Source: Desulfobulbus propionicus DSM 2032
GTDB lineage: Bacteria; Desulfobacterota; Desulfobulbia; Desulfobulbales; Desulfobulbaceae
Direction of reading: 5' to 3'
NCBI RefSeq assembly: GCF_000186885.1
Contig: NC_014972.1
Coordinates: 120,001-152,000 of the forward strand
DNA length: 32,000 nt
Shown here: piece after piece, positions 1-6,790 of the stretch
Numbering within the stretch: the stretch's first letter is position 1
Layout of the letters: the number at the start of each line of letters is the position of its first letter
The notes under the pieces: generated by a model
What the model was told of the DNA's origin: nothing
What the model saw: only the letters and a program-made list of their open reading frames with translations
Database searches by the model: none
Made by a program: the position numbers and the translations under genes

Positions 1-44
1 GCCAGTCTCCAGCGGCGGACAGAAATGTCGGAACCCTTCTTTCC

Positions 45-464
45 TCAGGCGCTGAACACGGTGGCGTGCCGGGTCCAACCGGCCGGGCTGTCGGTTTCGT
101 AGAGCCCGCGTTGGCCCCAGCCGTTTTTTTTTGCCAGCACCGTGCGGATCACCCCGGCATCACTTCGGATTTGGCCCCTGCTGGCCAGGATGACCGCGGT
201 GTCGATGTCACTCACCAGCGGCGAGGCGACCCGGGCGGTGCTGTTCTGCCAGTCGCGGAAACGAGTCCACCCATCGGACTGTTCGAGCACTTCGATGGGA
301 TAGCCCCCAGGCACGACCAGCATGACCCTGGCCTGCCGGCTCGGGCCGGAACGGATGCAGGTGCCGTACCTGGCGATGTTCTGGGCAGGGGCGGACTGGG
401 CGGAGAGAAGCAGAAACTGGCCAAGGCCGGTGCGGAACAAACAGGATAGGCCGGTGGTCGTCAT
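45..464 (-). CDS. secreted protein with bacterial SH3 (SH3b)-like repeats
   Basis: ORF 45..494. I place the start at ATG 464, which has AGGAG 6 nt upstream on the minus strand. The N-terminus MTTTGLSCLFRTGLGQFLLLSAQSAPA looks like a signal peptide. Two SH3b-like segments follow (IRSGPS..GYPIEVLEQSDGWTRF and IRSDAG..NGWGQRGLYE..AGWT). Confidence 0.6.
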   Translation of the reverse strand: MTTTGLSCLFRTGLGQFLLLSAQSAPAQNIARYGTCIRSGPSRQARVMLVVPGGYPIEVLEQSDGWTRFRDWQNSTARVASPLVSDIDTAVILASRGQIRSDAGVIRTVLAKKNGWGQRGLYETDSPAGWTRHATVFSA

Positions 465-910
465 GATGCGCTCCTGTCGCAGAGGGGGCGGCATGTCGGG
501 ATCTGGTGCGGTCGCCCAAGGTGACGAGGTTGCCCCGGCTGTGAGGTTGTTCCGCCCGGTGACAGGCCACTACCCACCTGAAGCAACTTTCGGGCCGGAA
601 ACCGGCCTCGCTGCCGGTGGCCGGTGTCAACCTACTGTTCACAGGTCGTTTTCACTGGTTGCCAGGGAGAGGCACCACCGTGGTCGGGCCGGCAGCGGGC
701 CGTCCACCGTCCTGCCCGGCGGGAAAATTCCTGCGCCACGCCACAGGTCGACCCGGTGCATCGGGGCGTCCTGGAGCCGGATGCGGCGGTTCTTCTTCCC
801 TTGCCCGGGTGTGCGGCATAGGCAACCACCCCTGCCCGAAAAAAAGAAGGAGGGCTGACAGGACTCGCCTAGGTCGAGCGGAGCGGCTAAACGGCTGAAG
901 AGAATAGCGT

Positions 911-955
911 AAAACGATAAACGGGCCAGTTGCTATGGCAATTCATGGCCCGTTT
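911..955 (-). terminator. rho-independent terminator-like hairpin downstream of the small minus-strand ORF
   Basis: Perfect 10-bp stem, AAACGGGCCA (919-928) with TGGCCCGTTT (946-955). On the minus strand the hairpin is followed by TTTATCGTTTT (forward 911-921). Confidence 0.5.
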
Positions 956-991
956 GATGGCGGTGGGGGAGGGTTCGTCGGCGGTCGGAAC

Positions 992-1174
992 TCAGTCTAT
1001 GAGAATATTGTAGAGGACCACGACGGCGATGCAGACGAGGGAAGCGGCGTAGGTCAGCCAGAAGATGCCGGCGTCCGTCAGGTAGCGGCTTGGCCAAAAC
1101 CTGCTCCTATGGCGTGGACGGCCACCAAGACTCTGGTCAAAAGAATCTATCTGATTTTCCTGGGATGTCATCAT
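992..1174 (-). CDS. small hypothetical membrane protein (60 aa)
   Basis: Taken from ORF 992..1264. The internal ATG at 1174 has AGGAGA 7 nt upstream. The C-terminal half (GIFWLTYAASLVCIAVVVLYNIL) is one hydrophobic helix. No family recognised. Confidence 0.35.
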   Translation of the reverse strand: MMTSQENQIDSFDQSLGGRPRHRSRFWPSRYLTDAGIFWLTYAASLVCIAVVVLYNILID

Positions 1175-1522
1175 GACGTGATCTCCTGGGAAGGGCTGGA
1201 GGTGCCGAGCGAGTTTTTCCGGGTTCGCCGGGCAAGTCCTGGAGGGAGGGGCAGGCGGAAACATTCCGCCCGCCCCCTTGTTTCATTCCGAAAACGCACT
1301 CTCTCAGAGTACTCCTCAACAAGCCAGTATTGTGCCAGGCCGGAATAAAAATTTTTATCCTGTTTTTTCAAGGAGATATCGCTCAGCCTGCGCTGCCTTG
1401 GACCGGATAAACTGTCTAAATGCGAGAGGTTCCCGTTCGCCAATGGTGAAAGCTCTCAATTTGAGACGAAAGAACCGCGAATCATTGCGGCGCGGCTGTT
1501 GTTCAACATGCCCCGGCAGCTG

Positions 1523-2488
1523 TCAGGTGGCCTGGGGACAATTCGCCCGCACCTGGTCGCGGCCACTCTGCTTGGCCAGGTAGAGCAGCCGGTCGGCCTG
1601 CTCGACCAGTTCTTCCGGAGTAGCCGGTCGGCCGGTGCAATAGGACTCCGCGCCGATGCTGACCGTGTTCATGTGGCTGATCGCTCCCTGCCGGACTTGG
1701 TGAGTCCGGCACTCTACAAGGATGCGCTCGGCGAGGACGCAGGACTCGCGCAGGTCGGTTCGCGGCAGGAGCACCACGAATTCCTCGCCACCGTAACGGA
1801 AGGCTAGGTCACAATCACGGATCGTCTGTTGGAGCCGGACGGCGAACGCCCGCAGCACCAGATCGCCGAAGGCATGGCCATACGTATCGTTGACCTGCTT
1901 GAAGTGGTCAAGGTCGAGCAGCAGCAGGGAAAAATCGGTGCCGTAGCGCTTGCTTTGCCGGAACTCGTGTTCAAGGGCATGCTGGAATGGCCGCCGGTTG
2001 TAGAGGCCGGTCAGGGGATCGGTGACGCTCAGTATTTCCAAGCGTCGTTCATTGTCCTCCTTGCGGGTCAGGGAATCGCGCAGGTCGCGGACCTGTTTGC
2101 TTTCCCGCTCTCGCTTCCGGACCGCGGCGATAGCCTCGGCGATCATGGGGTGGAGTTGACGGGGGTCGAGCGGCTTGGTGAGAAAACGAAAGACCTCGCC
2201 ACGATTGATGCAGGGCAACAACTGGTCGGCCTGGGTGTGTGCACTCAGCACAAGGCGGAGGATGTGCGGGTGATGCTGCTTGATCAGGGTGAGCAGGGTC
2301 AGGCCGTCAATACCCGGCATCTTCATATCCGTGACAACGATATCGATCTGCTGGTCGGCGAGCAGTTCCAATGCCTCCTGGCCACTGCCAGCAAAGAATT
2401 TGCCGTAGTCGCTGCGGGCCAGCAGCCTGCGCAGGGCGTGGAGGGTATAGACCTCGTCGTCGACAAACAGAATGTTGACCTGTCGCAT
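1523..2488 (-). CDS. response-regulator diguanylate cyclase (REC-GGDEF, PleD/WspR-like)
   Basis: ORF 1523..2698. I place the start at ATG 2488 (MRQVNILFVDDE), which has AAAGGAGGG upstream. REC motifs: FVDDE, IVVTDMKMPGIDG, KP. The GGDEF domain has an intact GGEEF, with RDCD five residues upstream where the RxxD inhibitory site sits. Confidence 0.9.
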   Translation of the reverse strand: MRQVNILFVDDEVYTLHALRRLLARSDYGKFFAGSGQEALELLADQQIDIVVTDMKMPGIDGLTLLTLIKQHHPHILRLVLSAHTQADQLLPCINRGEVFRFLTKPLDPRQLHPMIAEAIAAVRKRERESKQVRDLRDSLTRKEDNERRLEILSVTDPLTGLYNRRPFQHALEHEFRQSKRYGTDFSLLLLDLDHFKQVNDTYGHAFGDLVLRAFAVRLQQTIRDCDLAFRYGGEEFVVLLPRTDLRESCVLAERILVECRTHQVRQGAISHMNTVSIGAESYCTGRPATPEELVEQADRLLYLAKQSGRDQVRANCPQAT

Positions 2489-3207
2489 CCGCCCTCCTTT
2501 CGTGGCGATTTGCACGGGGAGCAGCCGGAATGTCTGCTGGCGCCGGTGTTCTCGTTGCGGGGGGCTCTCTCTGTTGTGCCGCACTCTCCCGCCTCTCCCC
2601 TGGTGTTGGCTGGTCGGGCGGCTTCCGATGTTCCGCCCCATTGACGTGCGCACGCCCAATCGTGGTCTCCGGACAATGGCTTGCAAAGGGCAAACCACTT
2701 TTTTGGTCGAGTGGTGCCTCCCGGGTTACCCACCACACCCGTCCGGAGTTGTGGCGGCGGCACGTGCGCCTGACCAAGATGAACCTGCCGACCTGACCGG
2801 CCTTGCGCCCCGATGTGGCAGGTGCCGGGCTTTCGCGCAACGAACCGTGCCAAAGGCGCAGAGGACGAATTCGCATTCTCCTTTGATATCATGATGTTCG
2901 TTTAATGTCTTCCAGGGTTTGGCAAACCTCCCGCACTATCAGAGGAGAGCGGCGGGCCCTGCAACGCGACTGAGGTAGCCGCAAGTGGGGGGGCGATGGT
3001 GGAGGCAGGGCGTGGCACGGAAACCGGGGCATGTGTCTGGACTTTGGGCGTGGGGGTGGGATTTCTCTCCACAGGGAGGTTGGTCAGGATTTCAGGTGTC
3101 AATCTGAGAGGAGTGGGAAAACCTCCGTGCAGAATGAGAATTTTTCTCGGGAGAAAACACCGCCGAACTGGCTATACGAAAGGCCGAAATAAAAAAAATA
3201 ACAAAAA

Positions 3208-3220
3208 AATCAATAGTTTG
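3208..3220 (+). promoter_or_regulatory. IHF-consensus match (WATCAANNNNTTR) next to an A-tract
   Basis: AATCAATAGTTTG matches WATCAANNNNTTR at every defined position. It is preceded by AAATAAAAAAAATAACAAAAAAA and lies about 18 nt upstream of the sigma54-like element. Confidence 0.3.
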
Positions 3221-3237
3221 ATAGTTAATGGGTGATG

Positions 3238-3253
3238 TGGTCTTAATTTTGCT
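3238..3253 (+). promoter_or_regulatory. sigma54-type (-24/-12) promoter candidate
   Basis: TGGTCTTAATTTTGCT compared with TGGCACG-N4-TTGCW. TGG and TTGC are present at the canonical spacing (12 nt from the first G of GG to the G of GC). It lies about 95 nt upstream of the 3350 start. An NtrC-family activator is encoded at 10705-12060. Confidence 0.35.
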
Positions 3254-3262
3254 AGTTAGCCA

Positions 3263-3299
3263 GCAATCGGGTTACCCGGTCTTGTAACGCAATCGGGTT
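3263..3299 (+). repeat. 11-bp direct repeat GCAATCGGGTT x2 (26-bp period) in the leader of the 3350 operon
   Basis: Identical 11-mers at 3263-3273 and 3289-3299. Confidence 0.8.
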
Positions 3300-3349
3300 G
3301 GCCTCCAATTAACCCCACCCTCGTTTCCCTAAATCTCTCAGGATTGATC

Positions 3350-3859
3350 ATGTCCGCGATGAGCTACCTCAACAAGACTGACGTGAATCTGCTCCTCATT
3401 GACAATCAGGAGCAACTGCTCTCCTCTTCACTTCTGCTCCCAGAATTGCGCAAACAGTTTCTGAACGAACAGGTGTGCTGCCTGGCCGCCCCGGACAGCC
3501 TGTGTGGCCTGCAGTTGTGGCGTGCCTTCGAAATGGATGTGGTGGTTATCGCCGCGTGCGAGGCCGGACCGCTTCGCACGATGATCATGGACCTGGAGGG
3601 GGAGCATCCCGGGGTGGTTGTCCTGGTCGCAGGTGAGGAACATGATCGCCCCGGGGTCCTCCCTGTGCTGCGCGAAACCGGAAGCCGATTTATACCGATG
3701 TACTCCAACGGCGACACCTCGCCGGTCGGCGAGATCACACGCCAGGTCCGGCAGCTGAGGACCGAAAAGCTGAAAATCGCCAGGAGCTTGGCCCTGGAAG
3801 CTCAACAGGTCGGGCCGCGGTATATCCTCCGCCTCCGCGCCCCCCAGTCGTGCCATTAA
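3350..3859 (+). CDS. receiver-like protein lacking the phospho-acceptor residues (pseudo-receiver), tentative
   Basis: ORF 3344..3859 (the track start is TTG). ATG 3350 has AGGA 6 nt upstream. The layout resembles REC, but conserved positions look replaced: LLLIDNQ (DD to DN), DVVVIAAC (Ala where the acceptor Asp should be), VVLVAG, RFIPM (no Lys). This alignment was made by eye only. Confidence 0.4.
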   Translation: MSAMSYLNKTDVNLLLIDNQEQLLSSSLLLPELRKQFLNEQVCCLAAPDSLCGLQLWRAFEMDVVVIAACEAGPLRTMIMDLEGEHPGVVVLVAGEEHDRPGVLPVLRETGSRFIPMYSNGDTSPVGEITRQVRQLRTEKLKIARSLALEAQQVGPRYILRLRAPQSCH

Positions 3860-3924
3860 GGCGGTCGGCACCGCCGACCGCGCACCCTGCCTGCCAGCAG
3901 GGTGGAAAGAAAATGTAACTGAGC

Positions 3925-4830
3925 ATGGGAGCCATGATGCAGGAGAGAATGGTGGGCCAGGCTGAACATAGTCTGACGCTACAAATGGAACGGGGTCCCG
4001 TGGTCGACGAAAAGATGCGAAGTCCTGTCGGAATACACGCCAGGCGGCGCCAGTGCGCTCCGATGTTCCGAAGAAGCACCCCCTGGAGCCGCCTGACCCA
4101 GGCCAGGGGAGGGCAGAGTGAAGTCGGCTTGTCCGAGCCGGAGCGTGTTGATTATGCCTTGAAGTCCGGCTGTGCCGCCAACGACAGTGATCAGGCACCA
4201 GATGTATTGGTCAGGCTGCCGTACACGGATTTCGATCCGCAGCCCTGGCGGCCCGGTTTTCTCCCCTGGTCTGCCGAGACGGAGTTGTCCTCTTCCCGGC
4301 CCGTCGACCCGGAGGCGATCCATAGGCAACTGCTGCGGCTGGAACTTGAACGATACCCCTCGCTCTTCAATCTGAACCGGATCGTCGAAGAGAGTTGCGC
4401 CTGTATCGAGTCCATTTTCGCCGGGCGGATCGTGCTGCACCGCGAGCTCAAGTCAATGCCGATGTACTTTGGCCCTGCGGCGCTGTTGCGTGACGCACTG
4501 CTCTCACTGCTGCAGTGGGTGGCACCAGACGATACCCACAAGGCTGAGCACGGACCACCGGTGGTCAGGGTTGCTACCTGGCCGATGCCGCAGCGTGTCT
4601 GCGGATCGATCGGTCTGTGTCCCGCCAATCCACTGACCGGAATCGACCCCGGCGCGGCGAAGGTCGTGGCCGAGGTGGACCAGGACGCAGAGGAAAACGG
4701 TTTCCTGCACAACGCCCGGGAGATTATCGTCAATATCTGCCAAGGTCAGCTTGAACTGGTGCGTCTTCCAGTCAGGGTGGAATTCCAACTCCCCTTGCTT
4801 CATCCACCCGTCGATGCCCGTGAGAGCTGA
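3925..4830 (+). CDS. hypothetical protein; the C-terminal half resembles a degenerate histidine-kinase catalytic domain
   Basis: The C-terminal part follows the HATPase_c layout (LLRDALLSLLQWVA at the N-box position; REIIVNICQGQLELV..VEFQLPL at the C-terminal end). I cannot find the N-box Asn or the G1/G2 glycine boxes. The start is ambiguous (ATGs at 3925, 3934, 3937, 3949). The 3' end overlaps the next gene by 17 nt. Confidence 0.35.
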   Translation: MGAMMQERMVGQAEHSLTLQMERGPVVDEKMRSPVGIHARRRQCAPMFRRSTPWSRLTQARGGQSEVGLSEPERVDYALKSGCAANDSDQAPDVLVRLPYTDFDPQPWRPGFLPWSAETELSSSRPVDPEAIHRQLLRLELERYPSLFNLNRIVEESCACIESIFAGRIVLHRELKSMPMYFGPAALLRDALLSLLQWVAPDDTHKAEHGPPVVRVATWPMPQRVCGSIGLCPANPLTGIDPGAAKVVAEVDQDAEENGFLHNAREIIVNICQGQLELVRLPVRVEFQLPLLHPPVDARES

Positions 4831-5326
4831 TACCGACATTTCGACGCGACCGACCGTGCTCTTCGTCGATGACGAGAGCATGCTGCTCAGTTCGCTGCAA
4901 CGCCTGCTCCGTCGCGAGCCCTTCACGATCCTGCTCGCGGTCAGCGCGAGGGAGGCCATGGAGATCATGGCGCGAACCCCGGTCGATGTGCTCGTGGTCG
5001 ACCTGCAGATGCCGGATATCGACGGATACGAACTGTTGTCCAGGGTCGAAGTGCTGCATCCCCAGACCGTCTGCTTGGTGATGAGCGCGGTGGCCGACAA
5101 GGAAAAAGTAGAGGAGGTTGTGCGGCATCGGCACGTCTTCAAGTTCATCGCCAAACCGATTCATCCGGACGTGCTCAAGCGGGTCATTCGCGACTCGGTG
5201 TGCCGCAGGTCCGGCGGGGTCGAACCGCCGGAAACGATCATTTCGCCGGAGCACCTGATGCTCTGCAAGGAACACCTCTCAAAAACGGAGTTCACCCAGG
5301 CATTCAACGAAAAATACGTTTGCTGA
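4814..5326 (+). CDS. response regulator (REC domain plus short C-terminal tail)
   Basis: ORF 4751..5326. ATG 4814 gives TVLFVDDE, VLVVDLQMPDIDG, VMSA, FIAKP, a complete set of REC motifs. It overlaps the upstream ORF, which suggests coupled translation. Confidence 0.85.
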   Translation: MPVRADTDISTRPTVLFVDDESMLLSSLQRLLRREPFTILLAVSAREAMEIMARTPVDVLVVDLQMPDIDGYELLSRVEVLHPQTVCLVMSAVADKEKVEEVVRHRHVFKFIAKPIHPDVLKRVIRDSVCRRSGGVEPPETIISPEHLMLCKEHLSKTEFTQAFNEKYVC

Positions 5327-5819
5327 GGCCCGGGCGGCGTGTACCTGCGTCTCCTGATCCCCAAAGGATTCACTGCCACGCCACCAGTGGTTCCTTTTTC
5401 CTGAGCGGCACGCCGCCCGGACCAAAGCGCCTGCGTGTTCTCTTGCCATTGCAGGGACAGCGATAAGGGGCCATTCTCCCGACGGGAACGATCCCGGGAT
5501 TGCGGCCCTGACCGTTCGTCCGTTTCCCCACATACCTGACCCTCAGGGGCATGGGGCGACCACCTGACTTGGTGTGAGCCGGTCGGTTGTCCCATGCGTT
5601 TGTTCTTTCGCCTCGTGCTCGCAGGTCTGTTCAGGACCTAACGGTCACGCGGCGTGTTTCATGGCAACGGTCGATCTGAAATGGATGCCCGCCTCGACGT
5701 CGATTGAAGGGACACCACAGCCTGCAGACAAAAAGAAGAACAATGCGCCACCGCAAGAAGAAACCACTAGCCACCATGAGGCAACACAACGACAATCCTT
5801 GAGCGAAGGGGAGGATGAG

Positions 5820-6698
5820 ATGAAGCCTGTTTTTTTGGTTCTCCTCGGTTGGTGTGCATGGGCGATGCAGGTGACCGCCGCGGTCGCCGCCGGTCCCGGC
5901 GACCTGGAAGGCATCCGCAAGGAGGGGGAGCTGCGCCACTTGGGGGTGCCGTACTCCCGATTTGTCTTCGGCAATGGGCCGACCGGGGCGTCGGTCGACC
6001 TCATGCGGGCCTTCGCCCGTCATCTTGGGGTCGAATACGTCTTTGTGCCGACCAGTTGGGAGCGAATGATCCCGGATCTTATCGGCCGCGACCTGGTGCC
6101 GGCCAACGGCACGGTGCGAATGGGGGCGGCCGTGCCGGTCCGCGGTGATGTCCTGCTCTCTGGGGTGACCATGCTGCCCTGGCGGCGGCAGGTGATCGCT
6201 TTTTCGCAGCCAACGATCAGAACCCAGGTCTGGCTGCTGACCGCGGTCGACCATCCGCTCACGCCGATCCGGCCGACAGGAGACACCAACCGTGACATCG
6301 CCCTGACCAGGGCGAAGGTGCGGAACCTGCCCATCCTCGGCATCCGTGACACCTGCTTCGATCCAACCCTCTACGGGCTGGACCGGAGCGGTGCTCACCC
6401 GCGCTTTTTTTCCGGTTCAGCGAGCGACCTGGTGGCAGCGATGCTGCAAGGCAAGGCGGAGGCTGTACTGCAGGATGCGCCCGACGTCTTGGTCGATTTG
6501 GAGAAATGGTCTGGAAGGCTGAAGGTTATCGGCCCGGTTTCATCGTTGCAGAACATGGGTGCTGGGTTTCGTCGGGAAGATAGGGCATTGCGGGCAGCGT
6601 TCGACAGGTTTCTGGTCCAGTTGCAGGAGAGCGGAGAACTGTCGACAATTATCCGTAGGTATTACCCTAAAGGCGTTGACCTTAATACAGTGAATTGA
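5820..6698 (+). CDS. periplasmic solute-binding protein, family 3 (amino-acid-binding type)
   Basis: ORF 5574..6698. ATG 5820 is preceded by GAAGGGGAGGA. Signal peptide MKPVFLVLLGWCAWAMQVTAAVAA. The body resembles SBP_bac_3 (LRHLGVPYSRFVF..GASVDLMRAFARHLGVEYVFVPTSWERMIPDL). Confidence 0.75.
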   Translation: MKPVFLVLLGWCAWAMQVTAAVAAGPGDLEGIRKEGELRHLGVPYSRFVFGNGPTGASVDLMRAFARHLGVEYVFVPTSWERMIPDLIGRDLVPANGTVRMGAAVPVRGDVLLSGVTMLPWRRQVIAFSQPTIRTQVWLLTAVDHPLTPIRPTGDTNRDIALTRAKVRNLPILGIRDTCFDPTLYGLDRSGAHPRFFSGSASDLVAAMLQGKAEAVLQDAPDVLVDLEKWSGRLKVIGPVSSLQNMGAGFRREDRALRAAFDRFLVQLQESGELSTIIRRYYPKGVDLNTVN

Positions 6699-6771
6699 AT
6701 CGATAATGATTTTTTGTTGATGAATCGATACACTAATAATTTTTAAACTTGTAATGATGAAATTTGTTGAT
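6696..6771 (+). promoter_or_regulatory. AT-rich repeat cluster upstream of the sensor kinase gene
   Basis: TGAATCGATA occurs at 6696-6705 and 6721-6730. TAATGAT-(3/4 nt)-TTTGTTGAT occurs at 6704-6721 and 6752-6771. The stretch is sharply AT-rich in a GC-rich genome. Confidence 0.45.
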
Positions 6772-6790
6772 AAGATGTTGAAAAAAAATT

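Noticed and set aside
1829-2644. 271-aa plus-strand ORF, and similar long ORFs at 7559-8368, 14401-15087, 16015-16593, 16633-17337 and 17361-17939
   Set aside because: Each is antisense to or out of frame with a gene carrying unambiguous domain motifs. These are the expected stop-poor frames of GC-rich coding DNA.
2489-2698. N-terminal extensions of tracked ORFs (1523..2698, 5574..6698, 9642..10454, 10591..12060, 19091..20092, 24098..24676, 24693..25655 and others)
   Set aside because: In each case an internal ATG with a good SD sits right before the first conserved domain residue or signal peptide. The upstream part is Arg/Pro/Gly-rich with no SD.
3013-3019. Perfect sigma54 -24 box TGGCACG
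   Set aside because: The -12 position reads CCGG rather than TTGC, and no gene lies downstream for more than 300 nt.
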